The position numbers and the translations under genes were made by a program. This document shows, piece by piece, positions 42,601 through 53,900 of a stretch of 64,000 bases of DNA (position 1 is its first letter; each line of letters begins with the position of its first letter). The stretch comes from Catajapyx aquilonaris (taxonomy: Eukaryota): assembly GCA_000934665.2 (NCBI GenBank), contig KZ538494.1:1-64000 (forward strand). The letters are read 5' to 3'. The notes below the pieces were generated by a model. The model made no database searches. It was not told the DNA's origin and saw only the letters and a program-made list of their open reading frames with translations.

Positions 42601-44112
42601 CACCGGCAACAGTTATACTCGGCACAACTTATAAATGCTGACAAATGCCTCGCAAGAGGATTAACTGCAGCGTAACGTTAATATTCATAAGGAAAACATT
42701 GTCCCTGCAAAGTTAGTCGGCGCTACTATACGTACTACACATTAGACATCATAATCAGGGAGACATCTGTTTCGCGCACGTGAAACCCATTTCCGTCTCA
42801 ATAACCTTAGGGCGAATAATTAAAGAAGATGGTGTTCTTACTATACCAATATTACCAAGAGTCGTGCCAGACCAGAGTGGAATAAGATAACATTCAAATG
42901 GGACGTGACGTGATATATGTAACTAATGCGATCCCTAATATAGATAATGCGCAAAATACAACACGGCGCAAGGATTATGTTGCATTAGACGTTATTAAAG
43001 GCAGCCTGCAGAAGGATGACTGTAAAGGAGACAACAAGAGAATTTCCATGCGTGTCTACCAGTTGGATTACATACGCTAATGCCAGCCAGGCGGTGCTGA
43101 GTTTAAAAAATATATAATATACAGCACAAAAAGATAAGCAAGGTCTTGTTGTCAGTGTTGGAATATTCCATGTAAGAAAATTGCACCGCAGCAACAACAA
43201 TCGAGTACGTAGAAGTATACTGTAGGGTACTGACCTTTCACATAGAGCATGGCAGTGTAGGGTGAAAACTCGGTGCCAGCGTCGTTTTCGGCGATGCACT
43301 CGTACTTTCCTTCATCTTCCTCTGCGCTATTCACTATCTGCAGGGATCCTGCAATGTAATCAAGAGGGTAAGTTTCATCAGTACAGGATTTTTTGGGGGC
43401 CTCATCATGAGACGTGAATGAGGTGGGGTTTGCACAACAGTTGAGCTTGCGCACCAGACGCATCAAAAAAAAAAAAAAAAAAGCAGGATACTTTTCCTCC
43501 ATCTTGGAAATTAATTTAACCCTATAGCATATCTCATTCGACCACAGCCCTTCCTCCTCCAACCCTATTATTATGTTATCAGCTCCCCTGCATTATCACC
43601 TTGCCTATTTGCATCTTTTTCCCTGCCCATTTCTCATCTCCATTTTAGCCCGGCCCAAAAGAAGGACGGGGATTTCTCCTCATATTTTATTACAGCATCG
43701 GAGCTATTTTATCAAATATTCTGAGAGGCACAAAATTTATAAGCACACCCCGGCTAACTATATTCCAACTACTCATTTTCTCGTTAAAAATTTAACGATT
43801 CAGAGCAAGAAGGACGTATCTACCAGTTAAAGTGCCATGTTCTCTCTCAATTTTTTGGGGCCAGAATGCTTCAATTATTCCTGCTGGGAACTATTTCTGT
43901 GGAAATAGTGCGAAATAAATGTGACTGACCTTGGTCCAGGATGGAATATCTGGGGTTAGAGAGGTCCACGGGAAGCATGTCTTTCAGCCACGAGATGGTG
44001 GGGTTAGGGCTTCCAGAAGCTGCACAAAGAAGAACTGCATTTCGTCCTTTTTCCACCACCTTGGTCTGCGGCGTTTGCGTGATGCGTGGAAATCCTCCAG
44101 GAAGTTTGCCCT
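5192..44112 (-). CDS. Lar: Receptor-type tyrosine-protein phosphatase Lar (type IIa RPTP), spliced, 5'-partial: 23 coding exons from Ig2 to stop
   Basis: Exons join with canonical GT-AG sites and consistent phases into ~1959 aa: Ig2-Ig3-9xFN3-TM-PTP D1 ([13 protein letters not shown])-PTP D2 ([13 protein letters not shown]). Closely resembles Drosophila Lar throughout (e.g. [31 protein letters not shown]). Confidence 0.97.
5321..5456 (-). CDS. Lar: Lar exon, PTP D2 C-part
   Basis: ccttag|, GAG|gtacgt; [20 protein letters not shown]...MVQTE. Confidence 0.95.
5602..6188 (-). CDS. Lar: Lar exon, PTP D2 N-part
   Basis: ctgcag|, AG|gtcaga; [21 protein letters not shown]. Confidence 0.96.
6905..7345 (-). 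CDS. Lar: Lar exon, PTP D1 catalytic part
   Basis: tctcag|, AAG|gtattt; [27 protein letters not shown]. Confidence 0.96.
7420..7839 (-). CDS. Lar: Lar exon, PTP D1 N-part
   Basis: tttcag|, AGG|gtaagt; KNRYANV, DYINAN, ATQGP, KCDQYWP. Confidence 0.96.
7942..8529 (-). CDS. Lar: Lar exon, transmembrane helix, juxtamembrane region and wedge
   Basis: ttccag|, GAG|gtaagc; [27 protein letters not shown] followed by [19 protein letters not shown]. Confidence 0.94.
9751..9951 (-). CDS. Lar: Lar exon, membrane-proximal ectodomain 2
   Basis: caccag|, AAG|gtggga; PYIAAKF...[14 protein letters not shown]. Confidence 0.92.
10192..10367 (-). CDS. Lar: Lar exon, membrane-proximal ectodomain 1
   Basis: caaaag|, GAC|gtatgt; [12 protein letters not shown]...PDQFLTDD. 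Confidence 0.92.
10434..10794 (-). CDS. Lar: Lar exon, FN3-9
   Basis: cttcag|, G|gtaaga; GLGRLSE...[19 protein letters not shown]...VTTQMA. Confidence 0.94.
10908..11264 (-). CDS. Lar: Lar exon, FN3-7 C-part and FN3-8
   Basis: ttaaag|, TCG|gtgtgt; [12 protein letters not shown]...[17 protein letters not shown]. Confidence 0.93.
11350..11800 (-). CDS. Lar: Lar exon, FN3-6 and FN3-7 N-part
   Basis: caacag|, AAG|gtgagt; LELEWSRP...[13 protein letters not shown]...FQTPEG. Confidence 0.94.
11958..12160 (-). CDS. Lar: Lar exon, FN3-5 C-part
   Basis: ttgcag|, AA|gtacgt; [21 protein letters not shown]. Confidence 0.93.
12638..12777 (-). CDS. Lar: Lar exon, FN3-5 N-part (frame not in ORF track)
   Basis: ttatag|, GAG|gtttgt; [47 protein letters not shown]. 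Confidence 0.93.
12960..12965 (-). CDS. Lar: Candidate Lar microexon (6 nt, [M/V]S)
   Basis: tgttttaccag|TGTCTG|gtgact; phase 1-1; TGCATG ~35 nt upstream. Confidence 0.3.
14621..14644 (-). CDS. Lar: Candidate Lar microexon (24 nt, [D/N]IETVTTC)
   Basis: cgtttag|ATATTGAAACTGTCACTACTTGTA|gtaagt; consensus donor, weak pyrimidine tract. Confidence 0.4.
14742..14753 (-). CDS. Lar: Candidate Lar microexon (12 nt, [K/E]ERF)
   Basis: ~45-nt pyrimidine tract ending ttctgtcttcag|AGGAGAGATTTG|gtatta; phase 1-1. Confidence 0.45.
14975..15085. repeat. (GA)n / GACA compound microsatellite
   Basis: Directly visible. Confidence 0.9.
15359..15364 (-). CDS. Lar: Candidate Lar microexon (6 nt, VR)
   Basis: T-rich tract, ctaac branch motif at 15393-15389, ttctgaacag|TTCGCA|gtaagt. 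Confidence 0.6.
16756..16822. repeat. (TGG)n/(TAG)n tract (CCA-rich on Lar sense strand)
   Basis: Directly visible. Confidence 0.9.
18755..19690 (-). CDS. Intronic LINE ORF1p-like protein (Gly/Glu-rich region, coiled coil, RRM-type domain, Pro-rich tail); nested gene or alternative terminal exon of Lar
   Basis: 311-codon open frame with motifs [40 protein letters not shown] typical of non-LTR retrotransposon ORF1. First in-frame ATG at 19516; phase-1 acceptor ccttgcag| gives exon start 19662. No ORF2 seen downstream. Confidence 0.75.
   Translation of the reverse strand: MSLGCCSLAEAGACSSSPDEAQGKVAGRCHDDEEEERVKDGGVGGGGRRGEVGEVVGPMWGEGLGRGAAPVGIGGGGGGGGEAGEVWALLEEAMSRVERLEERGQIQAEELHQLKEDLQISRYQQTQSSQLAVSLGDSLKEAEARLADMDLQLRRRNLILFGLEEQGESGGGSKGEEDPALTESAFQVFLHHHLGLQTRLEVERAVRIGPRRAFSLQRRPVLVTFLRLKDRNDVLGLADSLRGSGYFMTEDLPGRSDPTTHHSGAPPMPRLLEPRRKDFAFYYYDGPTAPPHPPPYLGPPPSWKGKSDTHI
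23691..23996 (-). CDS. Lar: Lar exon, complete FN3-4 (symmetric 306-nt exon)
   Basis: acacag|, G|gtatgt; [11 protein letters not shown]...[21 protein letters not shown]...TTDED. Confidence 0.94.
24046..24168. repeat. (TGG)n-rich tract (CCAC-rich on Lar sense strand) upstream of the FN3-4 exon
   Basis: Directly visible. Confidence 0.85.
24484..24618. mobile_element. Small degenerate hairpin, possible MITE relic
   Basis: Left arm gttgc..aaggta..aggtgtaggtc..ttattaatt mirrors the reverse complement of the right arm. Confidence 0.4.
26825..26975 (-). CDS. Lar: Lar exon, FN3-3 C-part (frame not in ORF track)
   Basis: ctttag|, G|gtaagg; manual translation [50 protein letters not shown]. Confidence 0.93.
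27291..27424 (-). CDS. Lar: Lar exon, FN3-3 N-part
   Basis: ttttag|, AAA|gtgaga; [10 protein letters not shown]...[11 protein letters not shown]. Confidence 0.92.
27484..27679 (-). CDS. Lar: Lar exon, FN3-2 C-part
   Basis: ttacag|, G|gtgcgt; GYKVYYTT...[13 protein letters not shown]...VKTQQG. Confidence 0.93.
28302..28402 (-). CDS. Lar: Lar exon, FN3-2 N-part
   Basis: ttgtag|, GTG|gtaagt; [34 protein letters not shown]. Confidence 0.93.
30155..30178 (-). CDS. Lar: Candidate Lar microexon (24 nt, TDPAFGGA) between FN3-1 and FN3-2
   Basis: ttttctccttgtcttttctag|CCGATCCTGCATTTGGAGGTGCGA|gtaagt; phase 1-1, no stop. Confidence 0.75.
32027..32177 (-). CDS. Lar: Lar exon, FN3-1 C-part
   Basis: acacag|, A|gtgagt; [26 protein letters not shown]...TTGET. 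Confidence 0.93.
32253..32389 (-). CDS. Lar: Lar exon, FN3-1 N-part
   Basis: gaacag|, CAG|gtacgt; [23 protein letters not shown]...KPKYANQ. Confidence 0.93.
32420..32575 (-). mobile_element. 5'-truncated non-LTR retroposon fragment with (TAA)n tail and 15-bp TSD
   Basis: Perfect direct repeat ATAAATGTTGGCATT at 32405-32419 and 32576-32590 flanks 156 bp that ends in ~21 TAA units on the minus strand. Confidence 0.85.
34789..35064 (-). CDS. Lar: Lar exon, Ig3 ([12 protein letters not shown]...HTFVKVQ)
   Basis: ttccag|, T|gtgagt; 276 nt; [16 protein letters not shown]. Confidence 0.95.
36607..36640. repeat. (TATC)n microsatellite
   Basis: Directly visible. Confidence 0.9.
43235..43348 (-). 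CDS. Lar: Lar exon, Ig2 C-part ([22 protein letters not shown]...MLYVK)
   Basis: ttgcag|, G|gtcagt; 114 nt; DxGxYxC motif. Confidence 0.93.
43930..44112 (-). CDS. Lar: Lar exon, Ig2 N-part ([21 protein letters not shown]...RYSILDQ)
   Basis: ttgcag| acceptor, G|gtcagt donor; 183 nt, phase 1-1; Ig C and W motifs. Confidence 0.93.
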
Positions 44113-44514
44113 CTGCAAAGAATTCACACATTATTCATTACTAACCCTGCATATAAACCATATCAGCAATGTACGCTATTACCTAAAAATTAATTAATTC
44201 TCGGAAGGATTTAAAGCCATTTTCAAATGCATTTTTTTGCTTTTTTGTTTCAAAGCTTAGATTACATTCAGGTTTATACCTCCATTCTTCCACCCTGAGC
44301 GATATTAGTTACTGCATCAGGTGAGCCACGAAGTAATAACTGAAAATTGTGGTCACAGTCCCCTGTGGCACAGTTACGTGATCGGCATGTTGAGAGGTCT
44401 CCGGGTGTACTAACTTGCTGCTTCATCTAAAATACGACCCACCATTTTATACCCCTCCCGGATCTATATAGCCTCATTTTGAAATGTTTACGACACAACT
44501 CTGGAAAGTACCGC

Positions 44515-44589
<75 letters not shown>
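44515..44589. repeat. (AAT)n microsatellite, ~25 units
   Basis: Directly visible. Confidence 0.95.
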
Positions 44590-44590
<1 letters not shown>

Positions 44591-44887
44591 TTCAGCTAAA
44601 ATTCAGGCTATTAATTTACAAGCTGAACTTTCTCCTTTCATATAGTTTGGAGTTGCCGCGTACAGAAGTGAGCTTTCCTACATGCAAAGTACAACGTTTC
44701 ACATGACTTCGCAATTTATGGCTACATGAATGGAAAGCAAAAAACCAGGGCCCGGAGGGGGTGAAATGATTCCGCGAGCAAAAAGCCCTAGTTTGAAAGC
44801 CCGAATAAGGTTTCGCTCATCAATAGAAATGAAAACTTAAAGAATATTAGCCTGCTCTTCCTTTATGGGCCTCCCCGATCAAGAGCC

Positions 44888-44926
<39 letters not shown>

Positions 44927-44988
44927 NNNNNNNNNNNNNNNNNNNNNNNNNNNNNNNNNNNNNNNNNNNNNNNNNNNNNNNNNNNNNN
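44927..44988. other. Assembly gap (62 N) inside a poly-C tract
   Basis: N run flanked by C homopolymers. Confidence 0.99.
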
Positions 44989-47900
44989 CCCCCCCCCCCC
45001 CCACCACCACCACCCCATATAGGCTACTAGAAAATATGTGTGCGACGGCCGCAAAAAAACAACTCCCGGTGCAAGAGAATTTACATAATCATCAAAGACT
45101 GGCATACCGGTCAGTAATTGTTGCCTGCGGCCGCACTTTTGATCTGGAAATACACGTCGCATGTTTGGCAAAGGACCGCAAAAATTCGTATCAAAAATAA
45201 GCCAACCCATTAATGTACCTATTTCTAAGACTGGCTATCATTTTGTAATTTTTACCGACTTGATTACACAAGTACTGCCCTACAACAATGGCATGTGTTT
45301 AAAATCCTACCTATTCATATTACGACGCAGCCAAGTATATGGGTGCACTGACACATTTAAAAAAAAAAACTTGGCTAAAACTCTTTCTTAAAGTTTTCTC
45401 AAATTCTACATGACCTTGCCGTCAAGCCAAATTCCGGAACAAGCTCAGTCCCGCGGTTACTACATAGTTTTGCAAGTGAAGTTTCGCGGTTCCAGGTTTC
45501 TGCGAGACGGGAGAGATCTGAACCTTACGTGTAATGTAGAGAAATGAAAAGGTTGTCGCACTTTCCTAGCAGCCCGAAATAGCTCCAGAAAGCAAGCTTA
45601 AAAATAGCCAGCCCCAGGACTTTGGAAATGGGAATAGGATAATACTAAAATTACGCAAAAAAGAGAGGAGAGAGCTGAGCAACTGTTTGCAAAGCCGTTA
45701 ATTGCAGATTTAGTTAGTGGTTATTAAATAGTTAAGCTTTGCAGTGAAGTGTCTCCTTTTACTGTCAGAATTTAATATGAGAAATACAGTATTCGTGAGC
45801 ATCGTTCTAGTGGACCTTCCTAGCAGTTGTGTCAGAAACGAAAAGATTGTTCTGGGAACCTGGTATGGCCCCTATAGTGAGCAGATTTATATTCGGTGCC
45901 ATCCAAACACTATCTGGACCGCATTGATTTTTCTCAGCCCCCTTTTCCCCCCTTCCCTTCTAGCCGTACCTGGCTGACACGCTCATTTCAACTAATAAAG
46001 CAATTGATTTGCACAAGTGCGACGGTGTTGGGCTCGGCAGCGCCATTTTTATGGCGTCAATTACGGCGCAGGAACACCGGCCGTATTCCCCCAATTCTCA
46101 TAACGATCCTGGCACCAGCTTTTCTATGCCTCCCCCCCCCCCCATCTTCCCCCCGATCTCTATATTACTCCCAAACTTCCACTCTAATCCTCCACACCAC
46201 ATGTTTTCCCCTTAGCCCGCCCACAACCGCTGCACCTTTTATGATACCTCCCGAAACCAGCATTAAATTCCTTCGATTGGATGCGCTTCGGGGGTGAGTC
46301 ATAACCAGAGAGGGAAATAAATGTGGAGCCTGCATTTGAGGTGTGGAATGAGGATCCGTTTCGTGATAAAGCCACCGAGGGGGGGCAACATACGAGTGTT
46401 TTCAAGTGCAAGCTTGGCATACAGCCAGCCTACTAAAACTGGAACGGAGGATTGGTTTTTCGGCCTGCAAAACGGTCCAGTTAAGCCGTCAATGAAAGTT
46501 GGAGAAACACTCCTTATACGAGTACAGTACGTTCTATACCTTTCCCTATATTACCCAGTACGAATGGCTACAAGTCTGAAAGCACCAATGTACATAACTA
46601 TTTAATAAGGAAAATAATTACAGACATCTTCCAAGTTTCAATATATGGACTGGGTGTGGTCCACATCTGAGATAAAGATTTCGGTCGGTTTCTTCTGGAT
46701 AAAGTATAGTGTACGTTAGCAGTGTGGGAGTGTCTTAAGGCTCTCTCTCTCTCTCGTCCGTCTCTCATGGAAGCAGCGCATTGTTCGCAAAGCTGGTCAG
46801 CGGTAGCAGTTTCCTTTTGTGGCGGAGGAAGAAAATGGTGGTGCCTAAAAGCCCAGATGCGGGTAAAAAGGAAGAGCTGCGCGGCATTAAGAAGAGGAGG
46901 CCAAAGTCCTGCAGACGCTGGGCTCCGAGCCTTATTTACGCGACAGCCTCTCAACGCCCATCGCCTTCCATCACAGCCAGCCTTCCCAACATTCCCAAGG
47001 GACCGCCTGCCTGATGCTGCACAACTCTCTTCCGCCCTTCTGCCATCATCTCTCACCGACTTCAGACTTCCTTCCGGAACTTGCTTAAGGAGTCCGGCGC
47101 CTCCATATCGCACCTGAGCCACCTTGCAATATCGCTCCATCACATATCAGCCTGCTATACACGTACTGTACAGTACACCCTGCTCTTTAATAAATAATAT
47201 TACACTGGTAAAGATGCGGATTAATCACTATGGACGATCGAATGGTGACAACAGGCTGGTGAAAGCCGGAGGTTTACCAAGAGAAATTATCATGACTGTT
47301 GCATTGGTACATTGAGTGTACAACCGGACTGATGAAGTGACTAACCTATCGTGTGTGTTCGTGCGTGCGTGCGGGGGCCGTGCGTTTATATAGGATAATC
47401 TGTTGGGTAATGGAATATTTGTGCAATGAATAAAACTCCATGACCCCACCCTTCACCTCCCGTAACCCTGCTTCGGTCATCAAGTTTCATGACTCGTATG
47501 GCCTGCATGCATCTCTATAGCATGTAGATTTTTTGTTAAAAAATAGTCTGGGTTACATAATGTATGATGTGGCAGAGCTCACCGAAGCGATGGTAATGCT
47601 CACTTGTGTGCAACACCTTCTGCGGATACATCCATTACTGGTATGAATGATTGAGTTTCATAACTTTTCAAATCATAAAGCCACATCTGGGGTGCGTCCA
47701 AACCAATTCGACATGCTATAGGGAGCAGAAAATAAAAGCAACCGGATAACAACCACGTATATTCGAGGATAATTTTGTCCGACAATAATTATTCCAGGAA
47801 GATTGTTAATTCAGAAACCCCTTTTTGACACAGAATTCAGTCAACTCATTTCAGTGTTAACGCAATGGTTTATTAGGCTCATTCCTGGAATTAAATGGGC

Positions 47901-50900
47901 TTGGAAATAGGTGCAGACTGGTCGATGCTATACACCGTAGACAGTACCGAAGGAAAAACCAACATATTACGTGTACTCAGTGCCACTATCATGAAACAGC
48001 TAAAAGTACAACCAAAGAAATGCCCTCACCTGCCACTATACAAAAAGTCATCATATATGCAAAATAACAACAAAAAAAAAACATGTAGCCTTCTTTGTAA
48101 GTTACATCAGAATGTTCGATATACAGTAAGAGTATATAGGGTCTGGATATTTCCCCTAATCCGGCTCCTGAAGAACTGCACATTTGATTACCAGCCTTGT
48201 CTCACGACATTTAATTAGACGGGACAACACTCCAAGTGAATAGATTGTACTTATCAAAGCAACCACCCGAAGGAAATCTTCTGTCACTCTAACTTCCCGG
48301 CGTACAATCTGTCGCGTCACGCAACCCTCTTACTTCTAATAAAAGAGTCGGGAAAGAGCGGTTCCATGAAACGCCAAGTGGAAACATGAATGGCATATAG
48401 TCTCTCCCATATCAAAGTGGTTAGAGTAATAGGGTCGAAACCGTGACTCACTCTACAAGATTAATCACACAAAAAAACATCTTGGTATATTGATGTTCAG
48501 CAGCATATTTCATGCGACACTCATATTCCCCCCCCCCCCCCTTCCTGATGCTAACAAAACTGGCCACTCTCAATAATTTCACATCCCACACATTTGAATT
48601 GTCAGCGTATGCAAATGGAAAGAAGTGCTACTAAATTATCGATCCACACGATATTGTATGCACCGGATGAGTTGGAAATAAAAACTATCCAGCAATGGAA
48701 ACGCACTCCATAGTTTTCTGATCGCCTGTACTAGTCAGTGGGAACACGAGCAGGGTCAAACCCTGCTTCAAAACTTTCCCGTTAGTCAGCTGCTGCATGC
48801 TGATGGTACGTCCGCCAGACTTTCCCTGAACTGATCATTCCCTAAAATCCAATTTTATCATCGCACAAATGTCCAACGAGCACCGAAAACCGCAATTTCG
48901 TCCGAGTAGCTAAAATGTGTCGCCCGGAACCACGTTGGTCTTCAGAAACTCTGACTACAATTCGCCAAAAAATGTTCTGCACACTTGTACTATACAACCG
49001 ACTTATATTTAAAACAACGGTCACCAGTAGCGAACGTCAACCGATGCAAAGTTAGAAAGAAAATTAGGGTAAGCCCCACCTTTCCCCCCCGCCCCAGTGG
49101 TCCCAAGAGGGCGCTTCTTGTTCTTAGGCGCATGCTAGCTGTTACATGGTCTCGCGTATGCTTCAAAATATACTGCGGAAGAACGCTTCTGCAGCCATTT
49201 ATGGAGATTCACGCCCGCCCACAAAACAAGCAACAAGCGCTCGAGTTTTTCATGATCTCTTGTAGGTCCCTCCAGAGAGTGGGAACTCCCCAGGTGCCCT
49301 GATTTATGGTATCAATTGGAAACGGAAACAAACAAAAAAAAAGAAAAGAGAAGGAGAGCATATCGACATTTTCTGCCCATTGCCGAAAGTAACAAAATAT
49401 CGAATTACTGTGCAGGTAACTTATAGCACCCTTGCTAAATACTGGCTTAATACACGATCCTTCTCTCGTTCTAATCCCAGTATATAAACCCTGCCTGAGG
49501 TGCATACAATATCTTAGAAGCACATAATCAGCCCCAGTGTGCCATCCAGTTTTTCTCAAGACTGACCCAACATGTCGTGTTCTTAAATTTAACACGGATT
49601 CCCCATGATATACGAACAAATTACACAAACCTGTCACGCACACACTAAATAATCACAGCTAGAGCCACCTTGTCTGCATGCGGATGTGCAACGAGTTTTA
49701 AACCCATCCAAATTCGTTTTTGAAAGACGTCCCTCATGTAAAAGAAGGCGGACGCAAAAAAAAAAAACCCACACATAACCGTATATCAATCCGGCACCAT
49801 TGGCACACACCCAAAAGAAATAAATAACGAACATTACTTCCCGGACGGCGTCCCTCCAAAACAACTGCAACATACTGCAGCACTAGAGCACTGCGGTCGG
49901 CTCAGCATTAAAACGAATGGTGCAGGTAATGATAATTAGCGACACGCCACAGACACAGATTCCCCGTTCGGAGCATGTCCACCCTAGAACTCTGTTTTTT
50001 TCCACCCTACATCCAGCCAGGAAAACAGAAAAAAAAGGAGCGCAATTTTGGTCAGTGAATGTGGTGGGCCCTGGCTGAGTGCGTTAGTAAATTCCCCTTT
50101 TCCCCCCGTGATGGCCGCCATGCGGGGAAGGGGGATGCTGAAAAGACATTATGAATCAGGTTGGAGGTAGGGGAAGGCTGTCAAAAAAGTTCCGGAATAA
50201 TCTAACAGATAGACAAGTCCACTGACCATGTGGCAGTATACAGCGGGGGACAAACCGGGGAAGGCCAACTCTCCAGAGGATGTGCTGTGAGATGGAGTGA
50301 ATATCTCTAGGGATGTGTCAGCTAATGGACGAGAGGCTGAGTCTAATGGGGACCAAGAGGATACCAGGAAGAGAGAGGGAGGCTTCTCAGGTGGCCACAA
50401 GAAACGTCTGCAAATGACTCCGCCTGCTGCTGCTTCAATCATGCGATCCGCGCAAATATTACTCGGCTCTTGCTTTGATCTTGAGCTCCTGGTTTCAAGA
50501 AGCCACGCGTCTCCTGGGACTTGGGTGTAAATAGAGGGATAATGGACGTGTCTGGCGGAGGTGTCCGTGGGCTTGGATTACAAGAACCGCGGGGTTATAC
50601 AACGCATGTTTACTGCATGTAACGGGCGGGATGCAGTTCTATGCAAGCTATACGATCTGGATTAATTCCTCCGTGAAACCAATTCGGGGTCACTGAACTA
50701 GACGGTTATAGGTTGCAATCAGAGTCCAATAAGCGCATTCAGACAAAAAATAGTTATTCGTGCAGTGTCAGAAAGTGCTTGGTCAAGCAATGCTCCTCTT
50801 GATTAAACATTTGCATACATAGACTGGCTGTTGGAGTGCGAATAGTCAACAAGAGTCCCGGCAGATATCAGTTATAATTGGCTAATGAAACCATTAAGCA

Positions 50901-53900
50901 AAATCATTTGCTGTTACAGCAATTTGAACAGTCTAGCCCAATCCGGCCCCAGTATAGTGAACAGTTCGAATACAACACGGAGCCCAACCGTCAGTGAATA
51001 TGATGCCAACTTAATGTCCAATTAGACATCAGCTGCGAACAGAGAAGGCGCCGAGTGCGGATAATAGTAGGCGAAATTGACCATGTGTCTATACCTCTAG
51101 TCGAGTTGAAGCTATGGGGTGCAGGCCATCGACCCTGGAGATTTCCGCAGCAACGACCCTTGAGAGTTTCTACACAATGCAACCTGGGCTGCTGCTTGCT
51201 TCAACGCGCCCTTCAATCAATGCTCTAATTGCCTCTGCCCACTGTTTTCATTCCGAAAAGCTCTTAGCACCTTTATTAACGGATTTGGGCCAAATTCACA
51301 GGGTGTGTCATAAGGTACTCTTCAGGCACCGTTTAAGAAAAAGACGTCTCGTGTCACGGATCCGTCAGGAGGGTCATCAATTATGCAGCGTCGCATGCCG
51401 GCCTTACAACAGGTGGCCAATCACTACCAATCACTTCAGGAGGATCACACTGGCCACAGGTCTCAATTGACGCAAAGTGGCCCCAGAGAGGGAGAGAGAG
51501 AGAGAGAGGTCGAAAAAAAGGCAAGAAGGTGGATGTTAGGTTTGAGGGTGGTTGGCAATATCATCCGGGTGGGGGGTCCTCCGCATCTTATTCGCTCCAA
51601 CTGGCGGAATTAATTTCGGCAGTCAAAGCCTCTTGCTCCTTCCCAAATCAATTTCATTCAGAGCAAAGGGAACCATCAAAGAGGCCCAGGGAGGAACATT
51701 TTCGCTTTGTCATCACAATCCGGCGCCATCAACTTTTCCTTTCCGCCTCCTATCCATTAACAAGGGATAGGTTGGATTTGGGGAGAAGGGAGGCTGCGGG
51801 AGGTGGGGGGGGGGGAGTGGGTGGAGAACAATATGACGGCAATAAATTAATCCGTAATGTTGGCAGCCCTAGGCTAGGGCTGGAGTTGGTAGAGGGTTTT
51901 CAGGGGGAAAAAATGCCGGCTCTTCTTTCCGGCTCAAACACATTCCTGTCGATCAATACCGGTTAAATAAAATTGATACGAGGGCGTCATACCGATACCG
52001 CAGGGGGTACCCTAAAAAAAAGGAAATACTTTTCACTAATTTCTCCCAATTCCAGATTGGTCAAAATATTAGTACAACAGTTCAAGAATTGTCTGCCAAA
52101 TGCTACTAGCTACTGTACGTACAGTACATAATGTAAATTTAAGCCGATGCAACTGAGCCGTACTAACATTCAACATGAAGTACCAACCTGACCGCCATAA
52201 AGGCCAACCGATTGAGGCCCATTCGACAAGCTGGGCGGCCGTTATCCCCAAAATAAACGCCCGTTTGAACACACCCCCTCCTGTAGTGTAGTGCAAGTTC
52301 ATCGCCGACTCGTATTTATTTCACCCCCCGTGATCGGACTACTTTGCGACGACTTTATCGCAAAAAAGGTGCTTGTAAAACCCCGGCTGCTAGTGCATGA
52401 GCAAATAAGCTCCCTCGTAAGAAGAACTACCCGGGCTGCAGAATTCCGCCGGAAGAGTAACGGCGACTTGAAAGCACCGCCGGGATACAAATTGGCCGTT
52501 AAATTCAACTGAGGTTAATTTTCTTTATAACCCGTAAGGAGTTGGGGGCACCTGATGCTCCGTCGTACCCATAACCGCCTGGCTCCAAGATCAAAAATTA
52601 AATTGTAATAGCCCTCCGCCTTAAAGTGCCAATGGTTTAGCAAAAAAGCGCTTAGAGAATATTACCAGACAAAGTATATAGAGGGGCCCATACAGCTCAT
52701 TTCTGCCTAGATATTGGAAACGAATTCCGCCAGAGTGAATCATAAAGTGTGAAACATTTCCAGACTGCACGTGTCAAAAAATTCCGTTTTCCGCCCGGTT
52801 TGTCTGACCCGGTCGAAATGAACCAGACGAAAATATTGGCGTTAAGGGGGCAGGGTGACGTACGACAGGGGGAGTTTGCGTGTAAACTTTTGCTTCGCCG
52901 CCTGATCGCCCCCTGTCAAAGATGAGCCCAATTGTTTTAGCAGGGGGATGTGAGAGTGCATGACACTGCGATCATCAGCAGAAATGAAAGGATACGTGGT
53001 CTCTCCCCTTCACTGATCGATTTGTCTACGTGGCATGCACATGGAATCCAATACAGGGTGTGCACCTGCCATCGAAAAGTTCGTTTCAAAAATTACGGAG
53101 TGAATCACCGCCAATTTATTATTGGGAACAAAAATTCGGAACAGAGTCGTTTTTAAAAAAACAACAACAAGGCGAAAAGACCATGGGCGACTACAGTTAC
53201 TTGTCTGTAAATGGTGGATTCACAAAACAAGTGCAGATGTTTGCGACACTTCTTTTGGATTAGTTTGGCACAGTACTATAGGCCAAAAATGATTCATAAT
53301 CTTCTCCATTTTTAAACTAATTCAGTCCTAGGTGCGCAAACAGTAATGAAATTCTAGATGTCTATGCATTCAACAGCCGCAGGTGTTTGAAAAACAGAGG
53401 TCAGTACCTGCTTATCATAGCAATTATTGACTTGTTACAATGTACACCGGTAACAAAATTGGTATGAAAACTCCCGTAACATGTCAGCAATGGCAGAATT
53501 TTAAAATTTCCTGCCCAATATCATATGTAATGCAATTTTAAATCATCCCACGGGCCGAGCCATGCGCCATTGAACCCAATCAGCACATACAGTTGCTACT
53601 AACCCAGTTACTTTTGAGTGTACTAACAGAGCGTACAGTACAAATGTGCTACCAAGCTTAAATAAGTGATTTCAATACTTTTCGGCTGTTGTTTTTTTTT
53701 CCTTAAGTGACACTGTATATATGTATAATTATTATATTTGGCAAGTTCTCTCCGGGAAAAGGGATGATATCCCAGGCCGTCAATAATATTATTAATTAAT
53801 ACTTTTCGGCATATATTCTACAGTATACTGATCCAGCGAAGCCACTACCTTCCAAGGCTCCCATCTGTCATGGCACTCGTCTCAGGGCTAATCCCATCAA

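Noticed and set aside
44479..44706. Poly-Asn ORF, or retroposon tail
   Set aside because: Translation of an (AAT)n microsatellite; no TSD found.
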